From: Hormiphora californensis
Lineage: Eukaryota > Animalia > Ctenophora
Direction: 5' to 3'
DNA: 64,000 nt
NCBI GenBank assembly: GCA_020137815.1
Contig: CM035356.1
Coordinates: 8,231,149-8,295,148 of the forward strand
A program made the position numbers and the translations under genes. Positions within the stretch are counted from its first letter, which is position 1; every line of letters starts with the position of its first letter. This document shows positions 50,670-64,000 of this stretch, piece after piece. The notes under the pieces are model-generated. The model searched no databases. It saw only the letters and a list, made by a program, of their open reading frames with translations, and had not been told where the DNA came from.

Positions 50670-52228
50670 TGAAAAGTTCAACTACACGAAACGAAGGGTT
50701 CCCAGGTGTACTTAGTAGTTTGATCAAAGATTCCGCTAAACGAAACGAATGGTTCCCAGGTGTACTTAGTAGTTTGATCAAAGGTTCAACTACACGAAAC
50801 GAACGGTTCCCAGGTGTACTTAGTAGTTTGATCAAAGGTTCTGCTAAACGAAACGAACGGTTCCCAGGTGTACTTAGTAGTTTGATCAAAGGTTCCAATA
50901 AACGAAACGAATGGTTCCCAGGTGTACTTAGTAGTTTGATCAAAGGTTCAACTAAACGAAACGATCGTTTCGTTTAGTTGAACCTTTGATCAACGGTTCC
51001 CAGGTGTACTTAGTAGTTTGTTCAAAGGTTCAGCTAAACGAAACGAATGGTTCCCAGGTGTACTTAGTCGTTTGATCATAGTACCAGCTAAACTAAACGA
51101 ATGGTTCCCTGGTGTACTTAGTCGTTTGATCATAGTACCAGCTAAACGAAACGAACGGTTCCCAGGTGTACTTAGTAGTTTGATCAAAGGTTCCGCTAAA
51201 CGAAACGAATGGTTCCCAGGTGTACTTAGTAGTTTGATCAAAGGTTCAACTACACGAATTGAACGGTTCCCAGGTGTACTTAGTAGTTTGATCAAAGGTT
51301 CAACTACACGAATTGAACGGTTCCCAGGTGTACTTAGTAGTTTGATCAAAGGTTCCGCTAAACGAAACGAATGGTTCCCAGGTGTACTTAGTAGTTTGAT
51401 CAAAGGTTCCGCTAAACGAAACGAATGGTTCCCAGGTGTACTTAGTAGTTTGATCAAAGGTTCAACTACACGAAACGAACGGTTCCCAGGTGTACTTAGT
51501 AGTTTGATCAAAGGTTCCGCTAAACGAAACGAATGGTTCCCAGGTGTACTTAGTAGTTTGATCAAAGGTTCAAATACACGAAACGAATGGTTCCCAGGTG
51601 TACTTAGTAGTTTGATCAAAGGTTCCGCTAAACGAAACGAATGGTTCCCAGGTGTACTTAGTAGTTTGATCAAAGGTTCAACTACACGAAACGAACGGTT
51701 CCCAGGTGTACGTAGTAGTTTGATCAAAGGTTCCGCTAAACGAAACGAATGGTTCCCAGGTGTACTTAGTAGTTTGATCAAAGGTTCAACTAAACGAAAC
51801 GATCGTTTCGTTTAGTTGAACCTTTGATCAACGGTTCCCAGGTGTACTTAGTAGTTTGTTCAAAGGTTCAGCTAAACGAAACGAATGGTTCCCAGGTGTA
51901 CTTAGTCGTTTGATCATAGTACCAGCTAAACTAAACGAATGGTTCCCAGGTGTACTTAGTCGTTTGATCATAGTACCAGCTAAACTAAACGAACGGTTCC
52001 CAGGTGTACTTAGTAGTTTGTTCAAAGGTTCAGCTAAACGAAACGAATGGTTCCCAGGTGTACTTAGTAGTTTGATCAAAGGTTCCACTAAACGAAACGA
52101 ATGGTTCCCAGGTGTACTTAGTAGTTTGATCAAAGGTTCAACTAAACGAAACGAATGGTTCCCAGGTGTACTTAGTAGTTTGAGCATAGTACCAGCTAAA
52201 CTAAACGAATGGTTCCCTGGTGTACTTA
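50670..52228. repeat. 54-bp satellite with two embedded perfect 58-bp palindromes
   Basis: Unit ttcccaggtgtacttagtagtttgatcaaaggttccgctaaacgaaacgaatgg; palindromes at 50936-50993 and 51774-51831. Confidence 0.95.
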
Positions 52229-55200
52229 TGTATGCATCGGAATGCATGCAGGATTATCCCATCAATCATAATATCCTGAAATATGTCTCATGAACGTGAT
52301 TGGAAGGAATGACGTGACTTGAAATATATTTCCGGGACGTGACTTGAAGAAACAGAGAAAATCCAGTTGTTTCATTGTCCTTAATTGAAACAAACCAGAG
52401 ATAACAAACCCATGTTGTTCATCAAACAACATCGTCATTTTGGGTGAATCTCTCTCTGTCAAACCCTCGGCTCTCTCTTGTCGGAAAAACAAGTAGAGAA
52501 ACCACTTTAACTCATATTAATGAAGCACGTTAGGAAATCAGTCACGTGAGGCGCTTCGAACCAATAACAGAATAGAACGCGGAGTCGCTATGGTAAATAC
52601 TGTGGCTTTCGCGGTCGGGCACGAGAATAATTCCCGGGAATTCTTGGTCAGATGATTTTGTCAGGGTAGGAATATATATACCCCTCAGTCATTGACAGAG
52701 GGACCTTTTCTTTTGTTCTCTTGTTTTGGCCAGCACGACACTACTCTCAACGATCCAGCCCGCTCTCGCCCAGGGACTATAGATCCAGATGCCGTTCCTT
52801 CGCCGCTAATCGCTTCATAGTTCCTTCATTGTCATGTAAGCTCATGAGATATAGTGAGTAGAGTAATGGTGTAATATAGTATGTGAGTCATTCATTTCTA
52901 CTACGGTTCTATAATACAAGTTACGTGTTTTGATAGTCCAAATTCATGAAGAGGCCGTTGCTTCTCATATAAACAGTATGACAGTGCATCAGCAGTGGTA
53001 GGGACTGCATTTCTGGTGTCTGAGAGTGGGAACTCAGTTGAGCTACTGAGACAACCTCCCGCTCCTTACAGAAACATGGAGCCAACTCGACTCGAACTAG
53101 CACCCCATATATAATTCACTAATTTTTGGGTCTCGAGAACCAAGTATGATGGGATCGGATCCATATTGCCATGAGATGGACGCTTGTGTATCGGGCAGTG
53201 GGGGATTCTGCTGTACTCACTCACATGACCCTGTTTTGTACGGAACGCAATGTATTACATTGCAGCTTCGGATGGTCCGGTGTTTGGTGGTAACCAGCCT
53301 AGAGAGCCAAGCACCGCAAGAACGGCCATCCTTAGTGGGTCCGGTTACCAATGGGTAGCAACTCAGGGGTGGGAGTGGCTGGGCAGGACTCCTCGCCTGC
53401 GGTGGCGCTTGTGTTCGGCTTTTTTCGTGGCAATGTGGATTGATTCAGTAGTCTTGGAAAAATGTCTAATAGGAAACCGTAACAATGATAGTCCGTAAGG
53501 AGTAAGAAAGTTAAAATTCCGGAGTAAAAGATTAGAAATATAGCAGTAGTGGAGATATGAGATGAAATTATGGTTAGGAGCATATCATATGAAGTAGATG
53601 AGAAGCGAAAATTGAGAGGAAGCAGGTTGTGTTATATGTATGCTTGTGTCAAGTGCTCTCATAGTATACACATATTGCAGTGCCCACTCTAATTGTTTAT
53701 AATTCGCTGGGCAGCTATGGTTATAGAACGCGGAAAAGAATATAAGCCAGTTTTAATTAGGAGGGGTGCACTTGCCGGGTAACTATAGAGCGTGGTAGTT
53801 GGCTGTCTCTGACAACATTTTGCTAGCATGTTGCATTTTACATTTTGCTGTGGGACTGGGCGAAAGTACTTCTCTCTTGATACCTGGTAGAAAGGTCTGA
53901 GGTTGTACTCAAGAAAGGGTCTAGAAGAACCCTGTGGCTTGAGAGTTGAGAGCTAGTTGAAAGGTCCGAGGTTGAACTTCAAGAAAGGGTTGCGTAGAAC
54001 CCCTGGCTTGAGAGTTGAGAGCAGGTCGAAAGGTATGAGGTCGTACCTCAAGAAAGGGTTGCGTAGAACCCCTGGCTTGAGAGTTGAGAGCAGGTCGAAA
54101 GGTCTGAGGTTGGACATGAAGAAAGGGTTGCGTAGAACCCCTGGCTTGAGAGTTGAGAGCAGGTAGAAAGGTCTGAGGTTGAACATCAAGAAAGGGTTGC
54201 GTAAAACCCCTGGCTTGAGAGTTGAGAGCAGGTAGAAAGGTCTGAGGTTGAACATCAAGAAAGGGTTGCGTAGAACCCCTGGCTTGAGAAGTAAGAGCTA
54301 ATAGGAAGGTCGGTGGACTGATGTTGTACCTATAGAATGGGTCACTCAGAACACAATGGCTTGAGAGCTTGTAGAGAGGTCTGAGGTTATACCTCAAGAA
54401 CGTGTCTTGCAAGATCTAGATGGCTTGATATGAGTCTCAATGAGAGGTCTGAGGTGAGACAGGTAAGGTCTAGCAGGGTTCTTGAAGGTTTAAAGGTGAT
54501 TTCCCGTTTGCCTGAGTCTCTGTCATGTCTAGGGAGGGCTGGAAGGGCCATGTAGCAGATTGCTGTAAAGATCTCGGCTGGGTTTGCAGTTGCAGGTTTG
54601 CAGGATATCAAAAGGTGCACAGGTCGATTTATGATCCGTTGATTTGATACCTAACCCAACTGATTTTAGCACAGCATGTCTTCCCAAGAGTTACCTGATG
54701 AGAGACCGCGGGAGACAGGTCGGAAGAAGGGTGGGGTATTGCGTTACCATAGGATGGTTGTCCTGAAATTCCGGTAAGCATACTAAGGAAAAATTCGTAG
54801 ACAGGGAGGCAGAATATAAAGATTTGATTGCTTTGATTGATGAAACCGTTTTATCTAATCCGTTGTATCTCTTTCAGACACGAAGGAGTAATGGGACGGA
54901 GGAGATAAGCAAGAACTGGAGTCCTCTTCTGCAACTGAACCGGAGTATGAAAATCCGGTTGAGAACTCTCGTTGGAACACCACTCGAGAAAGTCTTTGAA
55001 AGACGGGGGCGCTGGCAGGGGCAGCAGGACTCGGGAATGCCGCCTAACATTGACAACCTAAAAGGCGGCTAAAAGGATGGGAGGTTCCAGTACTAGATCC
55101 AAGCAGCCGGATAGGGGCATCCGAGAGTATGCTGCACAATGTACATAGGCATCAGGCGCCTGGTAACCAGACGAAGGGGGACAGGAGTTCTGTGGAGGTC

Positions 55201-58200
55201 GACAGGAAGCCTCTGGAACCAGAACAGGGTAATTGGAAAGGACTGTGACTCTGGTGAGGCACAAGGAATCTGTCTAGAATGCCAATCAGTATCGAGTAGT
55301 GTGCTATAAAGCACTGGGGGTGCCTGATTTATTTATTTGATTTTGTAATTGATTTGTATGCAAATACTTTCACTTCATTCTCTTGTAGCTATAAAACATA
55401 GTTGTCAATTGGTACAAAAAAAAACAAAAAAAAAACACAATCTTCTGGTTTATAAGAGAGCTATAATGGGGATATGGAACCCAGATTGAAGCACTCGAGA
55501 GAAGTGTAACAGGTGAGGTGCAGTGTATTGTGTGCCATTCAATTTCATAGAGCTGACATAGTAGTCTATTAGTCCGTGACGAAGTCTCTGAGGGTCGTGT
55601 CCTGTTCTGACCGTTTGGTGGTGGCCACATATAATTCATGCCGAATTAGAGCTTGTTCCATCGTAGTATATTCTTATCCTTCATATCTCTAGTATCCTTC
55701 GTATCTCCGTCATATTGTCATTATATATTCGTGCATTCACAAGAGGGAGTGAGTGAATGAGTGAGAGAAAGATCAATTGGCAGTTGGGTCGTGTCGAGGC
55801 TCTACGACCGGTTTGGAGTGGTCCCTAATAAGTGTAGCTCCGACCAGTTATCGTGGCAACATGAAGTAACTGTCAGTCCGACTTCTGAGAGTATCGCGAT
55901 GAGGAATGCAGAGATAGAGTAAAATGATGAGAGACGAGGGTAGAAAGAGTTAGAAAGATTTAGAGAGATCTAGAGAGATTTAGAGTCTGAGAGTTAGAGA
56001 GATCTGTAGAAATTTGGAGTTTGAGAGTTATAGAGAGAACTTGAAAGATTTAGAGTCTGAGAGTTGGAGAGATCTGAAGAGACTTAGAGTACGAGAGTTA
56101 GAGAGATCTAGAGAGATTTGGAGTCTGAGAGTTAGAGGGATCTGGAAAGATTTAGAGTCTGAGATCTGGAGAGCGACAGTATTTGAGCTAGAGAAAGTAA
56201 GAGGGAGAGAGCGATGGATAGATAGTGAGAGAAAGAGACCTAGAGAGAGATGAGAATAGTCGAGTTCATTGATTTCGAGTTTCAGAAGTGTCCGAGTTTG
56301 ATTGTGACGGTCAGAATTGTCAAAAGTGAGATGTGTGATTGTCGGACTTCTGTGTTATCATTTCTTTGAAACTAATGTTAGTGGCCCCAGCGTATAGCGT
56401 GTTTTCGAATTTAGAGAACAAGGGAAATATACCTTTGGAACCAAAAAGGGCGCTTTGAAGAGAGGAGAATTAGGCCATCGAGTAAAAGGTGTCGATGCTG
56501 ATTGAAATCCAGACAGAAATGAGAAAATTACCAGTCTTAAGTTGGTAAAGAAAGGAAAAGGTATGAGGTTATTGAGGTATGAGGTTATTGAGGTATGAGT
56601 GTATTGAGGTATGAGGTTATTGAGGTATGAGGTTATTGAGGTATGAGATAGGGGATAAGGACCCTGCCTCGTTCAGATCAGAAGGTGACTAAAGGAGGTC
56701 TCTCTGGGTTCCCTGGAGGTAGGTGTCAGAAGGTGGTGTAAGGTAGTGGAACTAAACTGGTATAACAAGTCCCTACTTATCACCTTAGACTTGGTAAAGA
56801 GTCTGTATGATAGCAACACGTTTTAGTAGAAGGCGAACTGGCGTGTGAACCCCACTGATAGCTGCCTAATGCCTAGTAAGTTCATGTGTAAGGATAATAA
56901 TAGGTTGTTGTGCCTATATGAGAGCCGTGCCTATCAGTTTGTCCCAATTGGATCGATTATATAATATAGGGGTGAACTGTTCGCCAGCTGAGAACCTGGA
57001 AGATCCGATGTCTCTGAAGAAACGGGCAGCTATTATAGTGGGCTAAGTTTCAAGGAGTTGCCAAATCATAGAACACGTTGCTTGGGCAATGTGTTTGGTT
57101 ACAGTTCATCCCTGCAACATACGCATACAGCGCTGAAGACAGCGTGCCAATGGAGGATATGCCGAGGTAGCTGGTAAGTAGGGAAAGCATCAGACCAATA
57201 GGTCATCAGGCCATGAGTGCTGGAGTGGGGGAGATAGATCAGCAATACCGTAATGGAGAAAGGGCGGTTTTCTACTTCGAGATATCCTGTCATTCCATGC
57301 TCTATTGGGAATATATGCTACTATTAAGGGTGTGTTGAATAGTAGCATTGTCCCCTCTGTTTTCTCAAGGTGAGACTGGGTTTAAAAAGGGTGTGACTGG
57401 GCAAGCTCAATATAAGCTGTGGCTGCGGTGCGACTCAGGAAAAGGGTACCCTTATCACGAAGAGATACAAAAGAGAGAGAGCGAGAGAAGAACCAGCTGA
57501 GAGAGGCCTGAGATGGAGAGAGAGAGAGAGAGGAGAACCACCCGGAAACGAGTTGCAGTGGGATAGAGCAAGAGAGTGAGATAGAGACGGGATACCAAGG
57601 GAGAGATGAAATTATGAGAAACAGTCTCGACTTCAAAGGGGTAAAAAAAAAAAAAAAAAAAAAAAGGTGGGAGAAATTGAGAAAAAGCAAATTGGAAGTA
57701 TATTAAGTTTTGAAAACGGTATACCTAGTTTTTCCATCCGATCGCGACTACGCTACGAGCGTCGATAGGACCGGATTAGTTTTCCTCTCACCAATTCTGA
57801 ATTCAATAATAGCAACTATTGGAATCAAGGAATACTTTTCCCTTGTGCAAGGCCTCGTCTGAATTATTGTAATTCCGTGCCCACGCGATTTTTTCCCGAA
57901 AACCAAGTTATAAGTAAGGCAGAACAAATCATCTCTGAGAGCCAGTAACGATCGGTAAGAGAGACTCTTTCTCGGGTCGGTGAGATAGGATTTTTCGTCG
58001 AGCTGTTTTCTCATTTTGTTTGTCTCGGGGTGGGTTGATGCTGAAAATGATGCTGATATTGAACCCATTGGAACCTGACTAGCCAGTCTGGGAGAAGAAC
58101 TCTTGACGAGACCGCAGAATTCGGGCTGTTAGTCCAGAAGGACTATCAGAGGTAAAGTAAATGAGAGAGAATGAGTGGGAGAGAGGGAGTTTTCTCTCTC

Positions 58201-61200
58201 GGCAGAGGAAGTGAGAGAGAGAGAGAGGCATAGAAATGGAGTCACGGAGTGAGGTAGAAAAGAGAGGGAGAAAAGAGGGAGAGAACGAGAGTTAGAGTGA
58301 GCATCCCAGCACTAAGGCGAGAAGGACGAGAGGATGACCCAGATCCTGAGATGTCACTTGAGGCCGATCCAGATCCTGAGAAGGTACTTGAGGATTATCT
58401 AGATCCGGTGAAGGTACTTGAGGATGACTCGGATCCTAAGAAGAGACTCGAGGATGATCCAGATCCTGATAAGGTGCTTGAGCTGTGGATGATCCAAATC
58501 CTGAGAAGAGACTTGAGGATGATCCAGATCCTAAGAAGAGAATGAAGGATGATCCAAATCCTGAGAAGAGACTTGAGGATGATCCAGATCCTGAGAAGAG
58601 ACTTGAGGATGATCCAGATCCTGAGAAGGTGCTTGAGCTGAGGATGATCCAGATCCTGAGAAGGAACTTGAGGCTGATCCAGAACATGATACTTGAGGAT
58701 GTGTCAGATTCTAAAGAACGAGAATAGAGGATTTTCCAGGTCATGGAGAGTGGATCGGATAGGTACATGTGTATGACAAAGTATTGTACATACGAAGGGT
58801 ATCAATCTTCAAAAATGGAAGAACCTCCCAAATGGAATGGGAGAGCGGATTCAGGTTTCGTTGGATTCGTATCAAGAAGCGAGGCGTATAATTGTACCCT
58901 GTTTCAGTATAATTCTGGACGTCTATCAGATTCCCTGACATGTCTGTGCTCTGCAAGATAGACGGAAAGACGTGGTCGAGAGGTGATGGAAAAATAGACG
59001 TGTTCCGGAATGAAGACCATGAGAGGAACTCGAAATGAGGCGAGTTTCAGAAAAAGAGGCTGGTTCCAGAAGGAGGAGCTGGCGAAAGGGTGATCTGATT
59101 GAAAAAAACATCGAACAAGATCATGGCGATGGTGAGAAGCCTAAAGTCAGAGGATACTATTCCAGTGAGGAGCAGCGGAAGGTGGAATTCCAGTGCGAGA
59201 AGCTGGGGAAAAGATTGGCTGATAGCCGTACGAGATGGTTGAAAATGAAAGTCAGATACTCCCGACCGAGCGAGTACACCCTTGTGAGGAAAGGTGTGAC
59301 GAATGACTGGGAACAGTCGGTAGGCCGACCGGGAGTCAACCAAGTTAGCAGACACTTATGGCCTGTAGTAATGACTTGCGACTTGAAGACTTGGAAACAG
59401 TATCGAATCTGTGGGATTCGGAGTGAGGATGGCGGCAGAGGCCATGTGGAAAATTGTTGGAGGATACTTTTTGACTCTAAGCCGAAGTAGAAGTCAAACT
59501 AAAAGGCGGATAGCTGGATGAACTCAACCAGATTTTTTGAGGATGGAACCAAAAGAAACGATCTGGGGATGAGCTAGACCCTGAAGACGAAACAGGAACT
59601 AGAAAAAGAGCCTTTTCCAGAGTAAATCCAGACTATGATCAATTCTTGATTGAGAAAAAAAAGAGGGACACTGACGAGTGAACGGTGGAAAGAAGATATG
59701 ACGTGGAGAATCCCCGAAAAGGGGAATTGATGAATCTCGTGGAAAGATGGAATAGAATGATGAGGTGGAGAACAAACGACTATGAGAGGAACGCGTAAGC
59801 TTCCTCTGGCAGAGAGTCGGGTACCTCAAGAGCCTCCTCTCAATGAAGAGTGGGTAGAATAAATAAACGGACACTAACACAGCCCATGCACTCCCCGAAA
59901 TTAGGAAGCTGACGAAAAGAAACAGAGTGAAATTGAAGAAGTTAGCGGTTAATGGTGTGTTGTGTCAATAATGAATTGTATTAGTTGTGTGTTTTAGAAC
60001 TCCGGCCGGTTTATCTCTTGACATACAACGAAATACAGTTTAGGGTGTACACCTGAGTGAGAAAGGGGGAGTGAAAGACTGGAGCAAGGGTCCACTCCTA
60101 GGTCACGGGGTCGTGGCGCTGGTGAGGGAGGCCAGCGAGCGTATAGAGGCAACCCCCTTGGAAACGCGGGATTGGACGTGACTGAAAAGCGTAGCTACGA
60201 ATTAAACGACAACTACCACTCGAGAGGAGAAGCGGGCTTGGAATAAAGCTCGGGAGAAGCGAACTTGAAAGCAAATGGAAGTTCGAAAGAAGTGAGGAAC
60301 TATCGGGACGAGGATGTTCTGAAGAGTCCTCAGGAGAGGCCAGTCTAGTGTAATGGGAAATGGACAAAGGGCCTGAAGGTCAATTGAAATGGACCAACTA
60401 AAGTTGACAGTTGACAAACAGACTGACAGTAACCAGCGATGAAAAAGAGAAGACCAAGGTAGCTCTCAAATGCTCCCGAAAAGCGAGGAAGGCCATGAAA
60501 GAACATGCTAGAAGAGATCAAGGGGTAGCATTATCAGCGGAAAGATGCAGTTAGGAAAAGTTCTCAACGGCAGTAGAGATGCGGAGTACTATCAGGGTGG
60601 ACTACTGATGAGAACTAAGGCCATAGACAGAGAACGTTGTTGGACCACGTCAGCAAATCAACGAATGTCAGGCCAGATCTATTCAGAAGCTTACTAGATG
60701 AGATCCTGGGATGCGATCTAGTGAGTGGGTGACCCGATGGAGTGGAGTAGACCCGAACTCGGGGGGAAAGATACTCCAGATGACAGTGACCCAACTGATA
60801 GCAAACTGCAAACACGGGGTGAATGGATTACCAGTCTGGCGTAAAGAAGACCTAATCGTGGGGAGAAGAAGAATACACGGACTGGCAATTGGATCCAGAG
60901 CGAAGAAGAGAACCAATGCAGCAACGATGAGGACTTGGCAGCTCCAATGAATCGTGAGCTGACCAGAAATACTAACCAGAGGAGAGTAGCAAACCTCCGG
61001 GAGAAAGGCTGCCAACAGAGGAATTTGCAGTTCACTAGATGAGATCCTGGGATGCGATCTAGTGAGCGGGTATCCTGATGGAGTGGAGTAGATCCGAACG
61101 CGGGGGGAAAGATACTCCAGGCGATGGATACCCAGCAAACCGAAAACGGTGATAGCAACGGACGAGCTAATATACTTTTCCTTCCATGAGTAGATGGAAA

Positions 61201-63103
61201 AGTGGAAGACTAATCTGCACCGCAGCTATGCCAGTTGAATCTGAACCCATCCACGAGGAAACGGGTGCAGTTCAGAATAAAGGGGCCAATGTCGGCCAGT
61301 GAAACCTGAGATTGGAAAAGAACCGGATGCTTGTCGAGTAACTCAGTACAACAGCGTGCTGGATCGATAGCAGGAGGAACCGTGAGTACCCGCTAATAAC
61401 GCGGGAGAAGACTGCATGTCCAGAAAGACAGAGGCAAATCCGGTGGTGAACGACGGTGAATGCAAACATTGGCTCCGGGATAAAACAGCAAGGTACAAAG
61501 CTTGGTTCCTGCGAAAAGACCGAGAGGATCACCAAGAGAAAGTCAAAGTACCAGAAAGTGTACTACTGAGAAGATACTCGGTGCCCGGAAAGTGGAGCCA
61601 ACCCCAATCACGGAGTCTAAAGGTGAGCCGAATCAAGGTCCAAGGAGGACTGAGGAGGAAGCGTAGGACACCGCCACGCTGAGGATCACTCTCAACAGGA
61701 GAGTGTACTTTACAGTGAGCATTTTGAGAGACTCGCTGAGAAGGACAGTTGTGGGTGTTTGATATAGTGAGCATTTTAAAAGACTCGCTGAGAAGGAAAC
61801 GTGTGTGTATGTGTGAGTGTGTTTGTGTGTGAAAAGCAATTGAAACGAGTATGTAAGTGTGTGAATATTTAGGAATGAGTTGTGCGACCAGAAGGATAGA
61901 AGCGGGATGATGAGCTTAAGGACGGCGGGGGAGGGAAGAGCGGCAGATGGAAAGCAGAATCCAGATTTCACTGCGGAGTATTGGTGGAGGCAGGAGGACC
62001 AGAAACAGTCACGACGGAGGTAGTGGACAAGTTTGACGCAAGTTCTGAAAGGTGTGATTGGTTGGGCGTGCCCTCTTTGTCAAAATTCTATGAAAAAATA
62101 TAGTGAGATATTGAGGGACCCTAACTGAACACAAACGCTTTTCTGGCGTCCCGAGACGGGATAAACCTCCGTTCGAGACCTGACAAAGATGAGAAAGCTT
62201 GGAAGGAGATCGACGTCTGTTCCAGGGTGAGGGAGTCTGTTCCAGGGTGTGGGAGTCTGTTCCAGGGTGTGGGAGTGTATGCATCGGGATGCATGCAGGA
62301 TTATCCCATAAATCATAATATCCTGAGATATGTCTCATGAACGTGACTGGAATGAATGACGTGGCTTGAAATATATTTCCGGGACGTGACTTGAAGAAAC
62401 AAAGAAAATTTAGTTGTTTCAGTGTCATTAATTGAAATAAGTTGGCCATTAATAAACCTGGCTACTTTGGGGCAAATCTCTCTCTGTAAAACCCTCCGCT
62501 ATCTCTAGTCGAAAAACGAATAAGATAAACCGCTTTAATTCATATTAATGAAGCGCGTAAGGAAATCAGTCACGTGAGGCGCTTCGAACCAATAACAGAA
62601 CAGAACGCGGAATTGCTATGGTAAATATTGTGGCTTTCGCGGTCGGGCACGAGAATAATTCCCGGGAATTCTTGGTCAGGTGATTGTGTCAGGGTAGGAG
62701 TATAAATACACCCTTCAGTCATTGACACAGGACCTTCCCTTTCTTTTGTTCTCTTGTTTTGGCCAGCACGACACTACTCTCAACGATCCAGCCCGCTCTC
62801 GCCCAGGGACTATAGATCCAGATGCCGTTCCTTCGCCGCTAATCGCTTCATAGTTCCTTCATTGTCATGTAAGCTCATGAGATATAGTGAGTAGAGTAAT
62901 GGTGTAATATAGTATGTGAGTCATTCATTTCTACTACGGTTCTATAATACAAGTTACGTGTTTTGATAGTCCAAATTCATGAAGAGGCCGTTGCTTCTCA
63001 TATAAACAGTATGACAGTGCATCAGCAGTGGTAGGGACTGCATTTCTGGTGTCTGAGAGTGGGAACTCAGTTGAGCTACTGAGACAACCTCCCGCTCCTT
63101 ACA
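52229..63103 (+). mobile_element. 10.9-kb non-autonomous LTR element; LTRs 52229-53070 and 62276-63103
   Basis: TGTATGCATC...CCTTACA direct repeats, PBS-like TGGAGCCAAC after the 5' LTR, PPT-like gggtgtgggag before the 3' LTR; no long internal ORF; internal 60-bp (about 53885-54290) and 30-bp (about 58330-58700) arrays; no matching TSD. Confidence 0.85.
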
Positions 63104-63760
63104 CTACTGGAGCGTGACCGGAAAATGATCGCCCTTTCAGGAAGAGGTTAGTGCACTGAAAGACACCATCATCTCAATGAAGGACTCTCAGCTAGAGAGT
63201 AGCATTACTGCTGTCCAGACTGTCGTAAAAGAGGAAATGAATAGTTATTCGTCCGTCCTTGAGACCGCTGCTACCACCATGAAGCAGACGTGTGCATCTG
63301 CATTAGCTCCAACTAGAATACGTGCCGCCCTTGCCAGCGCTACAGTTGACCGATCTGCAAATCTGATAGTACATGGGTTAGCCGAGAATGTTGATGGTAA
63401 CGACACCAGTAGATTGAAAGAACTTGTTCGAGTATCTGGATGAAGCACCGTTTTTATGGAGGTCAGTAGATGGGAGGAGAGGAGTGATGAGCGAGTACGT
63501 CCTGTTCGGGTGGTATGAGGAGCAGGGAAACAGCTAGGACCATTCTGGGGAAATCTGCTGAGCTGAAGGACTCAGATACTTTTCAATCTGTGTACATATC
63601 TCCAGACAGAACTGTAGAGGAACGGACTGGAGGAGGGATCTTGTTGCCAGGTTGAGAGAGAAGAGAGAGAAAGACCAGAGAAGATTTTTAGGATCAGGAG
63701 GGGGTCCGTTTTTGAGATCAGAGAGTGAGCGATCACATGTGAGGAGAGGAGAGATTGTTA
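63104..63760 (+). mobile_element. Degenerate LINE (CR1/L2-like) ORF1 fragment
   Basis: DRSANLIVHGLAEN, RPVRVV, SVYISPDRTVEERT..RDLVARLREKREKD motifs across broken frames. Confidence 0.7.
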
Positions 63761-64000
63761 GTGATTGTTCTTGTGCTCGGGTGAGAATTATGAGTTCGAG
63801 AGAGGGAGACTTGAGATTTGATTTATATCTATGATTATTACAATTAGCTGTGTGAAACATTGTTCGGACACGGTGGGTACCAGGGTGGGGTAACTTGGTA
63901 AACGCACACAAAAGACCTTACCCGTCTTCGTGTTATTAGCCATGATGCGCCACCCTACATCCCACCCAGTTTGTCCAGTGTGGCTGGTTTTCTGACATTT

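Noticed and set aside
50670-52228. CRISPR array or repeat-protein genes (ORFs 50396-52293 on both strands)
   Set aside because: The variable part has only a few recurring variants, not unique spacers; a stop-free 54-bp unit keeps frames open on both strands without implying coding

Overview
Repeat-rich eukaryotic (animal) genomic DNA with GT-AG introns, microsatellites, a 100-N scaffold gap (38140-38239) and two stretches that look error-prone (about 9990-10900 and 38240-45400). A ctenophore (Pleurobrachia-like) source is my inference from recalled repeat families and is not verified. Four host genes can be built by hand: (1) an orphan 6-exon secreted Cys-rich proprotein with an RRKR cleavage site (4952-7873, +); (2) single-exon NAF1 (18987-20660, +); (3) cytosolic malate dehydrogenase MDH1 (20803-45422, +), whose last intron is about 20 kb of LTR-element sequence; (4) a MAPR/PGRMC-type cytochrome-b5 steroid-binding gene (46150-48771, -). 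The rest is mobile DNA: a 1.58-kb Tc1/mariner-derived foldback, MITEs, a gag-only LTR element split by a Transib/ProtoRAG-like CACTATG element, a CRE-type retroposon fragment, LINE fragments, two large related non-autonomous LTR elements and several satellites. Best leads: a viral class-I F-type fusion glycoprotein ORF (9246-about 9995); tandem duplications that copy the splice sites themselves (about 50 copies of an MDH1 donor); the secreted proprotein; an operon-like NAF1-MDH1 spacing with acceptor sites just upstream of all four ATGs; and the RSS-like Transib element.
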